Shown here in pieces: positions 1 through 8,587 of a DNA stretch of 49,277 nucleotides. The number at the start of each line of letters is the position of its first letter. Positions within the stretch are counted from its first letter, which is position 1. Below the pieces are notes generated by a model. It was not told the origin of the DNA. It saw nothing but the letters and a program-made list of their open reading frames with translations, and searched no databases. The translations under genes and the position numbers were made by a program. This stretch comes from an uncultured Bacteriovoracaceae bacterium (GTDB lineage: Bacteria; Bdellovibrionota; UBA1018): the NCBI GenBank assembly GCA_964467785.1, contig CAYXVB010000003.1:1-49277 (forward strand). Reading direction: 5' to 3'.

Positions 1-163
1 CTTTTTCTTGAAGGAGCCGCAGGGTTCGGACTGGGTCGGGACCTAGTGAGATCGTATCGCCTAAGCAGACTACCTGAGTGATCCCCTGGCGGGGGATTTC
101 CCGGATAAAGGCTTCAAGGGCGACCGAGTTGGCATGGAGGTCCGAAATGAGCGCGATTTTCAT
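1..163 (-). CDS. Metallophosphoesterase (YfcE/MJ0936-like), N-terminal part only; the gene runs off the left edge of the window
   Basis: Manual translation of the minus strand from ATG at 163 gives MKIALISDLHANSVALEAFIREIPRQGITQVVCLGDTISLGPDPVRTLRLLQEK. It has the D-x-H and GD motifs of calcineurin-like phosphoesterases. It is absent from the ORF track because there is no stop codon inside the window. Confidence 0.7.
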   Translation of the reverse strand, partial: MKIALISDLHANSVALEAFIREIPRQGITQVVCLGDTISLGPDPVRTLRLLQEK

Positions 164-208
164 GAGATCTGATTTTAGGATCAGATCCATGAATTCGCTA
201 AGAAATCT

Positions 209-436
209 TTATTCGGAGCCGATGGCTTCGACTGGGCAGGCTTCCTTGGCGAGCTTGCACTTTTCTTCTTCTTCCGGGGTTGAAGGCTGCTTGTAGACGT
301 AGGAATGGCCTTCTTCGTCGTTCCGAGTGAAGTTCTCGGGAGCTTCGCTGCGGCAGGTATCGCAGTCGATGCACTGATCATCGACAAAATAACGCCCAGC
401 AATATTTTCAGGCCACTTGTTTGCTTTATCCGCCAT
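209..436 (-). CDS. Small iron-sulfur ferredoxin (75 aa)
   Basis: ATG at 436 is preceded by AAGGGAG. The Cys pattern YFVDDQCIDCDTCRSEAP ... EACPVEAI is typical of small bacterial Fe-S ferredoxins. The tracked ORF start at 505 looks like an in-frame upstream extension. Confidence 0.85.
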   Translation of the reverse strand: MADKANKWPENIAGRYFVDDQCIDCDTCRSEAPENFTRNDEEGHSYVYKQPSTPEEEEKCKLAKEACPVEAIGSE

Positions 437-498
437 GGTGACTCCCTTCGCCTTCTGAGTAATGAATTTAACTGAGCTTTTCGGACATTTTTCGTCAA

Positions 499-1728
499 GT
501 GTCAATCGGATTTAGAGGCAGAATCAAAGGCGGATTTCGTGGCTGGATTCCACGCCCGTTTGTCCCTACACTTGGAAAAGTGACTCCCGAGCGCTTCACC
601 ATCGTCATCAGTGATTGTCATCTGTCGGCCGGCCGGTTTCTGGAAGGGCAGCTTAATCCGCACGAGGATTTTTTCTTCGACGACGAGATGTGCGCGTTCT
701 TCGACTACTTTTCGACCGGTCGTTATGGAGAACGGGCCGATGGCCCGGTCCAAGTCGAGCTATTCATCAACGGCGACTATCTCGATCTGCTCAATGTACC
801 TTATTACGGGGAGTTCGAGGATTCGATCACCGAAGAGATCGCCCTCTACAAGCTCGAGGCCATCTTTGCGGGGCACCCCAAGGTCATGGCGGCGCTCCGG
901 CGTTTTGCCTCGCGGCCGGGCAAACGGATCACGTACCTGATCGGCAATCATGATTCCGAGCTTTTTTTCCCGAAGGTCCGGGAGCGGATCGTCCAAGAGT
1001 GGGATCCCGAAGGCCGGCGCGAAAGCGACAAGGTTCGAGTGATCGCCGACCGGGATCGCATCCGGTTCGAGAGCGGGGTGGAGATCCACCATGGAAACCA
1101 GTTCGAGGCCGTGCATGTGCTGAACTTTGAACAGCCGCTGCTCGACGTGGGCGCCGGCGAGGCGCCCGTGCTCAACATTCCCTGGGGCAGCTACTACGTC
1201 CTCAAGATCATCAATCGCATGAAGTGGGAGCGCGAGTTCCTCGACAAGATTCGTCCCGTCAAGGCGTACGTGCTCTTCGGCCTGCTTTTTGACCCCTGGT
1301 TCACGATCCGCTTCGTGTTCCTTTCGGCGTTCTATTTCTTCAAGACCCGTTTCGTGTACTCGCGCAAGCGGCGCGCCTCGATCAAGGTGACGGCCGAGAT
1401 CTTCAAGCAGGAAACGGATTTCCTACTCGATCTCGAAAAGCAAGCGCGCGCGCTCCTCACGCAGGAGCCGGAGATCAAGACCGTCATCTTCGGACACACC
1501 CACAAGCCGATGAACAAGGTCTACCCCGACGGCAAGCAGTACATCAACACGGGCACTTGGACCAAGATGATCAACGTGGATTGGCGCTCTTTGGGGCGAC
1601 AGCAGTACTGCCTGACCTTCGCGCTCGTGCGCCATGTGCAGGACGCCGAAGGCTCACCGTGGCGTGCCGAGTGCGACCTACGCCACTGGATGGGCGAGTA
1701 CAGCCCGCATCGGGTGTTCCAGAGCTAG
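499..1728 (+). CDS. Calcineurin-like metallophosphoesterase with an inserted hydrophobic segment
   Basis: The motifs ISDCHLSAG, INGDYLDLL, IGNHDSE, HHGNQ and FGHTHKP occur in the canonical order. A hydrophobic stretch (YVLFGLLFDPWFTIRFVFLSAFYFF) sits between the motifs. The start is uncertain: GTG at 499 or in-frame GTG at 580 (VTPERFTIVISDCH). Confidence 0.8.
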   Translation: MSIGFRGRIKGGFRGWIPRPFVPTLGKVTPERFTIVISDCHLSAGRFLEGQLNPHEDFFFDDEMCAFFDYFSTGRYGERADGPVQVELFINGDYLDLLNVPYYGEFEDSITEEIALYKLEAIFAGHPKVMAALRRFASRPGKRITYLIGNHDSELFFPKVRERIVQEWDPEGRRESDKVRVIADRDRIRFESGVEIHHGNQFEAVHVLNFEQPLLDVGAGEAPVLNIPWGSYYVLKIINRMKWEREFLDKIRPVKAYVLFGLLFDPWFTIRFVFLSAFYFFKTRFVYSRKRRASIKVTAEIFKQETDFLLDLEKQARALLTQEPEIKTVIFGHTHKPMNKVYPDGKQYINTGTWTKMINVDWRSLGRQQYCLTFALVRHVQDAEGSPWRAECDLRHWMGEYSPHRVFQS

Positions 1729-1965
1729 TAGTGGCCAAAAGTCGAAGCATAAAAGGGCTAAAGGCTACTTTGGAAACCTCACCAGGCGGAAACTGTTAGT
1801 CGAGGAGCGATAGTCCGGCGTGGCTAGGCCGCGCCGCGCGGTACTCAAGTGCTGCCGTTCATTATACCAACTGCCCCCGCGGGACACGCGGTACTCGCCC
1901 TGGGCGGGACCAATAGGATCTATGGCGTGGGAGGGGCGAGCATTCTCAGTCGCAGTTTACGGCCC

Positions 1966-2277
1966 TTAGGAGCTGAGGTCCGGCTTTTTCGGAGCCAGGT
2001 CCCGGTGGCGGCTCGACTGGACGAGAGAGCGGCCCGCGAGCGCCGCATCGGCTTCCAGGATCACCCGATAGCCTTGGGCGGCTTCGATCCGTTGCAGCCC
2101 GTCCACATGCATCTTCTTACGGGCAAAGTCGGGCTCATTTTTGACCCGCGCGCGGGCGTCTTCGAAGGAGCTGGCGGGGACGACGAAGTTGACGTGGGAC
2201 TCGTATACACCCTCGACGACGTCCACATCGTAATAGCCGCAGTGCACGAGGTAGAGCTGAAGAGTCGAGGTGGTCAT
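1966..2277 (-). CDS. DUF1543-like small protein
   Basis: 103-aa ORF and last gene of the minus-strand operon. LYLVHCGYY..ESHVNFVV..KKMHVDGLQRI resembles the DUF1543 pattern (LxxVxxGG..ELHDxRFVV..HxDxxxxI), recalled from memory. Confidence 0.5.
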   Translation of the reverse strand: MTTSTLQLYLVHCGYYDVDVVEGVYESHVNFVVPASSFEDARARVKNEPDFARKKMHVDGLQRIEAAQGYRVILEADAALAGRSLVQSSRHRDLAPKKPDLSS

Positions 2278-2299
2278 TGGGTAAGCGTAGACGATTTCA

Positions 2300-3187
2300 T
2301 CAGTAAGTGCTACCCCAGTCGACCCGGCGCCAGGTCAGGTTGCCTGAGTCATAGGTGAAGAGTAGGTACCCGCGGGTGCCGTAGTCGAGCTCGTAAGGGA
2401 ACATGCTTCCGACCGAGAAGTGCAGCGTGGAGCCGAGTTGCCCGGAGCGGAAGCCGTGCACATGCCCGCCGGTGTAGGCATAGACGCCATAGCGATTGAG
2501 AAGGCTCGTGACTTTGTAGCGCTCTTCTAGACTTTCTAGGCGCCAGATCGTGGGTGTGATGCCGTCGTGCACTCCGTAGTGGCTGCCGACGATCGTGTAG
2601 CGCGCCGAGGTCGGGGCCTGAAGCGCCGCTTCGAACCAGCGCATCTGGGTGTCGCCCACTTCGCCCGACGAGGTGTCGAGTAGAATGAACCGAATTGCGT
2701 TGGCGATGGTCACGCTGTAGGTGGCGGCGCCAAAGGTCGTCTTCCAAGTGCCCCATCCGCCGGCATCTGGCGACTGGAAGAGATCGTGATTGCCGATGGT
2801 CGTGTAGTAAGGGATGCCGACCGAGTCGAGGTCCGCTTTGGCTTTGGTGAACTCGTCGACGCTTCCGTTTTCCGTGATATCGCCCAGGACGACAAAGAAG
2901 GAGATGCCGTTTGTGGCGACATCCTGCTTGAAGCGCGCCAGGGTATGCCGGTTTTCCGACTGGATCTGGATGTCGCCGAAGACCGCGAAGCTGAAGCGAT
3001 TGGAATCCGATGGCGTGATCGCGGTGGGCACGGTGACTCCGCCTTGAAGGCTTTCGAAGACGCGCTGTTCGACCGATGGGTGAAAAAGGATCTGCGAGAA
3101 GTTCTTGCCGCAACTCACGAGCACGGTCAGCAGGGACGCGGCCAGAATCCATTTCAATGGCGGCTGCCGCTCGGGCTTAAAGCTCAT
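2300..3187 (-). CDS. Lipoprotein metallophosphoesterase (calcineurin-like)
   Basis: The signal peptide carries a lipobox (LLTVLVSC|GK). Motifs are FAVFGDIQ, VVLGDITENG, TIGNHD, VGSHY and GGHVHGF. It overlaps the upstream gene end by 11 nt. Confidence 0.8.
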   Translation of the reverse strand: MSFKPERQPPLKWILAASLLTVLVSCGKNFSQILFHPSVEQRVFESLQGGVTVPTAITPSDSNRFSFAVFGDIQIQSENRHTLARFKQDVATNGISFFVVLGDITENGSVDEFTKAKADLDSVGIPYYTTIGNHDLFQSPDAGGWGTWKTTFGAATYSVTIANAIRFILLDTSSGEVGDTQMRWFEAALQAPTSARYTIVGSHYGVHDGITPTIWRLESLEERYKVTSLLNRYGVYAYTGGHVHGFRSGQLGSTLHFSVGSMFPYELDYGTRGYLLFTYDSGNLTWRRVDWGSTY

Positions 3188-3944
3188 GGATTGCTCCGAG
3201 CGTCATAAAATTCTGTCCCCAAGACACCACGCCACCCGAGAGTCCTTTGACGGCCGTGCCGCCCGATGCGGTCAGCGTTAGCTGCGGCGTCAGCGCGTAG
3301 CGCGCCTCGAGCGTGAAGTGGACATTGGTGGCGGTGTAGAGCCGGAAGTGGTCGAGATTCCAAACCAGCAGTCCGAAGTGAAGGGGGCGCTCGTCCAAGA
3401 AGCGTGTCCGCAGGAAATCCCAATTGAACCGGTAGACGATCTGGAACTCCGGATCCGTACTGGCCCAGCTGAGGGCCTGCCCCAGCGAGGTGCTCGAGTA
3501 AACGGGCGCGCGAAACGCCAGGCCATAGGTGATCCCGATAAAGCTCAGCGGGTGGAAGTCCAGCAGCAGCTCCGCGCGGTTCTCCGAAACCTGCCAACCG
3601 CTCCAGCGTTCGTGCTGCAACGAGAGGATGAGATCCGCCCGGGCATTGATGAAGTGGCCCACGGCCGAGACGCCGACGAGCGAAAGCCCCGCCTGATCGA
3701 AGGCGCTGAGCCCCAGGCCCGCATCGACGGAAAAATTCTCCGATACGCGGAAGCGTTGATGGCCTTCGAGCAGGGCGCGATCGGTCGTTCCGCCTTCCAT
3801 CGCCCGAGTGAGTCGCAGCTCCTGCCGGCCCTGGGGGAGGCGAGGAGGCTCGTTGAAGAACGAGACTTCTTCCGTCTCTTCGGCGCGGGCCAAGGAGGCA
3901 CTGATCAGAACCAGGAACGCGAAGAGAAGCTCAGAAGCGCGCAC
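3177..3944 (-). CDS. Secreted or outer-membrane beta-barrel-like hypothetical protein
   Basis: Signal peptide MRASELLFAFLVLISASLARA|EE. The sequence has alternating hydrophobic, aromatic-rich strand-like segments. It overlaps neighbouring genes at both ends, consistent with operon context. Confidence 0.55.
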   Translation of the reverse strand: MRASELLFAFLVLISASLARAEETEEVSFFNEPPRLPQGRQELRLTRAMEGGTTDRALLEGHQRFRVSENFSVDAGLGLSAFDQAGLSLVGVSAVGHFINARADLILSLQHERWSGWQVSENRAELLLDFHPLSFIGITYGLAFRAPVYSSTSLGQALSWASTDPEFQIVYRFNWDFLRTRFLDERPLHFGLLVWNLDHFRLYTATNVHFTLEARYALTPQLTLTASGGTAVKGLSGGVVSWGQNFMTLGAIHEL

Positions 3945-4521
3945 TCAAGCCCGCGCTTCCCGCAAAATAGCGATTGTAGAGGTCGATATCGCCCTCGAGA
4001 TACATCCGGGTTCCACGACTGAAGGCAAAAGAGACTCCCGGCACGACGCCGACCGAGGGTGGGGTTCCCGAGACGAGCGCTCCGAGGGGCACCTCGATCA
4101 CGGGCGCGAAGTAAAATTCGACCGCGCCCAAGGGGCGGCTGATGATCAGGCTTCCGTCGACGTAAAAGTTGATTTGGCGATGCAGTCCGGCTCGCACGGA
4201 GGCAGTCCACGCATCTCCACCTCCCAGCAGTCTATATTTGCCGAAGAAGCCGATGTAGGAGTCGATCATTCCGAGACCGATGTCGCTCTCCAAGGTAAGG
4301 TCGCGCGTTTGCCCGAAGCTGAACTGACCAAACACCGTGAACGCAGCCGGAAGCGCGTACGCGGGCCCGTAAATCTGCAGGAAACCACCAAAGCTGACGG
4401 CCTGTTCAGGCAGGGGTTCGGCGCTCTGCCAGAGCTCGGCACGGGCAGGGACTCCTAGAGCGCAGAGCGCTCCCGTGAGAACGAGCAGGGTGGACAGGAT
4501 GCGGGCGGCAATATTCGGCAC
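3931..4521 (-). CDS. Small outer-membrane beta-barrel-like protein
   Basis: Signal peptide (ILSTLLVLTGALCALGVPARA|E). Gly/aromatic-rich alternating segments. The C-terminal residue is Phe (..GLSARF), typical of OMP C-termini. Confidence 0.6.
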   Translation of the reverse strand: MPNIAARILSTLLVLTGALCALGVPARAELWQSAEPLPEQAVSFGGFLQIYGPAYALPAAFTVFGQFSFGQTRDLTLESDIGLGMIDSYIGFFGKYRLLGGGDAWTASVRAGLHRQINFYVDGSLIISRPLGAVEFYFAPVIEVPLGALVSGTPPSVGVVPGVSFAFSRGTRMYLEGDIDLYNRYFAGSAGLSARF

Positions 4522-4583
4522 AGACTGAAAATGATCCAGCCATAATGAGAATTTTGCAACCGGACTTTATGTCGTGGCAGGCG

Positions 4584-5495
4584 TCAGCGGTAGAGTTCGG
4601 TTCGGACACCAAGCTGGATGCGGAAGTCATTGCTTCGCTGAAAGTCTAGGCCGCCCAGGCTCAGGCCCGCATTGCCGAGCACTCCGCGGCCCAGGTCGAA
4701 CCGCGTGCCGATATATAGCTCGCCAGGGTTTTGCACCGAGCCCAGCGGGAACGTGGCCGATTGGGTCAGTTCGACGTTGAGCCAAAGGTGCGGATTGAGC
4801 GTGATCACCGAGGCCACGGACCACGGAAGCTGGCGTCGATAGTCGATTTCCTTGTGGGTGCCGTCGCTGAAGAAAAGCACGCCCGCGTTCGCCGCGATCA
4901 GGAAGGAGTCGAAGTCGTGCTCGAAGGCGAGCTTTGCGCCCACGCCCCAGCCGCCGTTGGAGACGAAAAGGGTGGAGTTCCCGGTAGGTAGATTGAGCTC
5001 CGGAACGAGCGAAAACGCTGATTTGCCTTCGTGCAGCTCGCCCAGCGGCAGCTGACCGACGAGCCGAATGTCGCCCAAAGCGGCTTGCGTGCTTTGACCG
5101 GCGAGCTTGACCGTATGCAGAGGAAGTTGCGCTGTGACCGAGAAGTCCTTACGCCGATAGGAGATCGAAGGTTGCAGCGTCTGGATGTTCTCGACCGGAA
5201 CTTGTACCCTGAGATTGGTGCGAGGGTCGAACTCAACTAGGGGCTGGTCATCGTAATGGTAGTGCACCCCGAGGTCCCAGCGGGGAGTTGTCGCGGGGTT
5301 TTCTAGCATTCCTTTGAGGTAAAAGCCCTCTTCGGTGGTCTGGTAACGCATGCCCGTGCTCAGACGGAGCGTCTGGACGTTCGCGCCGGCCAGCGCCTGG
5401 CTGGTGGAGGCGAAGAAACTGACCGAGGCAATGATCGATGCGATGCTTGGTACTACGACTGACGAAATGTTGGATTTCTTCACGAGTTTTATCAT
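4584..5495 (-). CDS. Outer-membrane beta-barrel-like hypothetical protein
   Basis: Strong RBS (GAGGAGGA) upstream of ATG at 5495. Signal peptide ending ..SQALA|GA. Strand-like alternating pattern throughout. No specific family recognised. Confidence 0.55.
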   Translation of the reverse strand: MIKLVKKSNISSVVVPSIASIIASVSFFASTSQALAGANVQTLRLSTGMRYQTTEEGFYLKGMLENPATTPRWDLGVHYHYDDQPLVEFDPRTNLRVQVPVENIQTLQPSISYRRKDFSVTAQLPLHTVKLAGQSTQAALGDIRLVGQLPLGELHEGKSAFSLVPELNLPTGNSTLFVSNGGWGVGAKLAFEHDFDSFLIAANAGVLFFSDGTHKEIDYRRQLPWSVASVITLNPHLWLNVELTQSATFPLGSVQNPGELYIGTRFDLGRGVLGNAGLSLGGLDFQRSNDFRIQLGVRTELYR

Positions 5496-5513
5496 GATTT
5501 GATCCTCCTCTTT

Positions 5514-6848
5514 TTATTCCGCGGCTTCGACGCAGTAACGGACACGGATGGGGCTCGACGATTGGCGAGCGCCACAACTCTCATCCAGAATGATCCGGGC
5601 GCCTTCGACCCGCGCATGGACTGGACGCTCTCCGAGCCAGACCTGGACACTGGCAGGGATCAGGTTGTAGCCTTGAGGAATCTGGATCCGGACCTCCTGC
5701 CTGGGCTGCATCCGGGAGGACGAAAGCTCGCCGATGCGGGCGAGGGCTGCGCGGTAGTCATGCGAAGCCAGGTCAGCGAGCACTCCACCTGATTTCTGGA
5801 CGAGCTCCAGGATGCCGTGTCCGATGGAATTCTCGCCGTCCCGCCGGATGGTTTTCGGGTCCGTGTAGACGAATCCGCCGAGCAGGAGCGGGGCGTGCGT
5901 CTTGACCTGCTGGAGCTGTTTGAGCACGGTTTCCGGGGTGACGACGGCCTTTCCGTTGAGGACGCAGTCTCTCCGGTAAGCGACGGGCTCGATCCGATCC
6001 GAGTCCGGCACGAAATGGGGCCACGTGGTGTAGCCTTTGTCCTGCGGATTGAAGCAGATGTCGTTTTCATCCGTGACAAAGAGAACAATCAGCGCGGCGT
6101 TCTTGCGGAAGAATCCATGCTTTACGCTTTCCTGGAGCTGTTCAGGGCTCAGTCCCTTGAGCAAGCTGTACATCAATTCCTCGCCGCCATCAGAGCCATG
6201 GTCCGTGGGCATGCTCTGAAGTCGAGCGCGAAGAAGATCGGTGAGTTTTCCGGGCGAAAGCTTTTCGGAATCGAGGACCACGGGCTGTCCTGATTTCGAA
6301 TAAAGCCTTCCGGCCCACTTGGAAGTGCTTCCGTGACCGGGCATCACCGCCACGCGGTAATCCGACCGACTGGGGAGCTGGGCGATGAGATGAGCGATAT
6401 CGCTCGCGATCGCGGCCCGTTCTGGATTCAACGACCCGGAGGTGTCGCTGACAATGAGAATGTCTGCCGAGCGATTTTCGACCGTTCGAGTCCTCGGAAA
6501 AGTTTGGGTGTTGCAGAAATGGCCATTATGACAACCATCGGAATGTCCGCTGCCACCACCGTTGCCGGAAGTGCTGCCACCACCGTTGCCGGAAGTGCTG
6601 CCACCGCCGTTGTCGGAAGTGCTGCCACCGCCGTTGTCGGAAGTGCTGCCACCGCCAGAGCTAGGCTTTTCAGAGGCACCCGGATCGTCCGGAGTGTTCA
6701 CAGGGGAATTTGAGCCCGGTTGGGAGCCCTTTGGGCCGCCCGTGGAAACCGTGCTCGACTGGGAAGGGTGATAGAGCACCTGCGGGTTTCCGCAACTGGT
6801 GATCGACAACAGGGCCACTACGGCCAAAAAATTTAGATTCGCTTTCAT
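5514..6848 (-). CDS. Lipoprotein with a Gly/Ser/Thr repeat linker and a von Willebrand factor A (VWA)-like domain
   Basis: Lipobox LLSITSC|GN. Tandem GGGSTS[DG]N repeats. A MIDAS-like D-x-S-x-S motif lies in ILIVSDTSGSLNPER, followed by a Rossmann-like alternating pattern. Confidence 0.75.
   Translation of the reverse strand: MKANLNFLAVVALLSITSCGNPQVLYHPSQSSTVSTGGPKGSQPGSNSPVNTPDDPGASEKPSSGGGSTSDNGGGSTSDNGGGSTSGNGGGSTSGNGGGSGHSDGCHNGHFCNTQTFPRTRTVENRSADILIVSDTSGSLNPERAAIASDIAHLIAQLPSRSDYRVAVMPGHGSTSKWAGRLYSKSGQPVVLDSEKLSPGKLTDLLRARLQSMPTDHGSDGGEELMYSLLKGLSPEQLQESVKHGFFRKNAALIVLFVTDENDICFNPQDKGYTTWPHFVPDSDRIEPVAYRRDCVLNGKAVVTPETVLKQLQQVKTHAPLLLGGFVYTDPKTIRRDGENSIGHGILELVQKSGGVLADLASHDYRAALARIGELSSSRMQPRQEVRIQIPQGYNLIPASVQVWLGERPVHARVEGARIILDESCGARQSSSPIRVRYCVEAAE
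6549..6656. repeat. In-frame 24-bp tandem repeat, 4.5 copies, inside the VWA lipoprotein gene
   Basis: gctgccaccaccgttgccggaagt occurs twice, then gctgccaccgccgttgtcggaagt twice, then a partial copy. On the minus strand this encodes GGGSTS[DG]N units. Confidence 0.95.
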
Positions 6849-7129
6849 TCTCTCTCTCCTTTGCCGCCTTCGTTCCCTAAGCGCCTCCGGCGCGAACTGG
6901 ATGGGTAACGGCGGCAGTCACTCTCTTGATGCTTGTCAAAGCACGACGCGGGCCAAGGTTGATGCGCATAAAAATGCGCTAAAACCGCGCTGAAGCACCG
7001 GTTGTGTCTAAAGTTCAGTCAGCTGTGTCTGGAAGTTGGGTAGAGAAAGTCCGGGATCAGGCTGTTTCAAACCGGTGATTTCAGGCGTAAATCACGCTCT
7101 GGAGGTGAGGAGGGCGATCGGTGAGGGTG

Positions 7130-7178
7130 AAAAAAAGCCCGCCGGCTCGAACTTTCCCGCAACTCAAGCCGGCGGGCT
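7130..7178 (-). terminator. Rho-independent terminator downstream of aceA
   Basis: A perfect 12-bp stem (agcccgccggct at 7136-7147 pairs with agccggcgggct at 7167-7178). On the minus strand it is followed by a run of 7 T (A-run 7130-7136 on plus). It lies 64 nt after the aceA stop. Confidence 0.85.
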
Positions 7179-7241
7179 GTAGCGAAGGAAGCGTCGGGGG
7201 GCGACCCAACCTTCGCTCAAACAATCAAGATCAGATTCGGA

Positions 7242-8582
7242 TCAATGAAATTGTTCGGCCTCCGTGGAGCCGGAGAGGGCACCGGTGGAGCCTACCCCTT
7301 GGGTGATGACGCCTAGAACCTGGTCGAAGTAGCCGGTGCCGACCTCAGCCTGATGGCGTGCGGCCGTGTAACCGATCTTCTCCGCGGCGAATTCCGCTTC
7401 CTGGAGACGGACGTAGGCGGGCATACCTTCGCGGGCGAATTGGCGGCCCAGATCAAAGGTATGGTAGTTGATATTGTGCCAGCCGGCGAGCGTGATGAAC
7501 TGGTACTTGAAGCCCATCGCGCCGAGCTCCTGATTGAACTTGGCGATCGTCGCGTCGTCGAGGTTCTTCTTCCAGTTGAAGGAGGGAGAGCAGTTGTACG
7601 CGAGCATCTTGCCGGGGAACTTCGCGTGAATCGCCTCGGCGAACTGCCGGGCTTCCTCGAGATTCGGCGTGGACGTTTCAAACCAGAGGAGATCGGCGTA
7701 CTGGGCGTAGACCAGGCCGCGGGCGATGCAGGGAGCTAGGCCGCACTTGACCCGGTAGAAGCCCTCGGGAGTGCGTTCGCCCGTGACGAACTGGCGGTCG
7801 ATCGGATCGACGTCCGTGGTCAACAGCGTGGCGGCGTGGGCGTCCGTGCGAGCGATGATCAGAGTCGGGACATCGAGGACGTCGGAGGCGAGTCGGGCCG
7901 CAGCGAGGGTGCGCACCATTTGCGAGGTCGGGATGAGGACCTTGCCGCCGAGGTGGCCGCACTTTTTCTCGGAAGCGAGCTGGTCCTCGAAGTGGACGCC
8001 GGCGGCGCCCGCTTCGATCATGTTCTTGGTCAGTTCAAAGGCGTGAAGCGGGCCTCCGAACCCGGCTTCCGCGTCAGCCACAATCGGCACGTACCAGTCC
8101 ATGGAGGCTTGGGAGTTCTTTGATTCCTGGCGTGAGATCTGATCAGCGCGCATCAACGCGTTGTTGAGGCGCTTGATCACCGCGGGAACTGAGTTGGAAG
8201 GGTAGAGGCTTTGATCCGGATAGGTCTGCCCCGAGAGGTTGGCGTCCGCGGCGACCTGCCAGCCGGAGAGATAAAGGGCCTTGAGGCCGGCGCGCGCATA
8301 CTGTACGGCCTGGGCGCCGGTGAGGGTGCCGAGCGAGGCGACGAAGGGCTCGGTGTGGAGCGAGCTCCAGAGGCGCTTGGCGCCCCGTTTGGCGAGCGAG
8401 TACTCGATCGGGAAGCTCGTTCGCAAGCGGATCACTTCATCGGCCGTATAGTCGCGCTTGATGCCGCGCCAGCGGGGGTCACTCGCCCATTGGTGGGCGA
8501 GTTCCTTGGCCGCGCCGGTGAGGCTCTGTGGGGTAATGGAAGCGTCAGGAGTGGTCGTGTTCATTTCTATTCCGCCGTTCAT
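7242..8582 (-). CDS. aceA: Isocitrate lyase
   Basis: Near-collinear similarity to E. coli AceA as recalled from memory: [31 protein letters not shown], the [11 protein letters not shown] signature and NCSPSFNW. The start is set at ATG 8582 ([10 protein letters not shown]), 5 nt after the aceB stop. ATG 8564 is an alternative. The tracked 557-aa ORF is an upstream extension overlapping aceB. Confidence 0.95.
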   Translation of the reverse strand: MNGGIEMNTTTPDASITPQSLTGAAKELAHQWASDPRWRGIKRDYTADEVIRLRTSFPIEYSLAKRGAKRLWSSLHTEPFVASLGTLTGAQAVQYARAGLKALYLSGWQVAADANLSGQTYPDQSLYPSNSVPAVIKRLNNALMRADQISRQESKNSQASMDWYVPIVADAEAGFGGPLHAFELTKNMIEAGAAGVHFEDQLASEKKCGHLGGKVLIPTSQMVRTLAAARLASDVLDVPTLIIARTDAHAATLLTTDVDPIDRQFVTGERTPEGFYRVKCGLAPCIARGLVYAQYADLLWFETSTPNLEEARQFAEAIHAKFPGKMLAYNCSPSFNWKKNLDDATIAKFNQELGAMGFKYQFITLAGWHNINYHTFDLGRQFAREGMPAYVRLQEAEFAAEKIGYTAARHQAEVGTGYFDQVLGVITQGVGSTGALSGSTEAEQFH

Positions 8583-8587
8583 TTGGG

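Noticed and set aside
1849-2358. 169-aa plus-strand ORF in the region after the 499-1728 gene
   Set aside because: It overlaps the DUF1543-like gene on the opposite strand, has no RBS or recognisable motifs, and has a shadow-ORF composition.
2349-3152. 267-aa ORF in an alternative minus-strand frame. Similar Arg/Pro-rich alternative-frame ORFs occur at 3184-3597, 40410-41165, 44913-45731 and 25776-26585.
   Set aside because: The translations are extremely Arg/Pro/His-rich and overlap better-supported frames that carry clear domain motifs.
6549-6656. Possible CRISPR-like repeat array
   Set aside because: The repeats are contiguous with no spacers, only 24 bp long, and in frame within a lipoprotein gene, where they encode a GGGSTSxN linker. 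This is a coding tandem repeat, not a CRISPR array.
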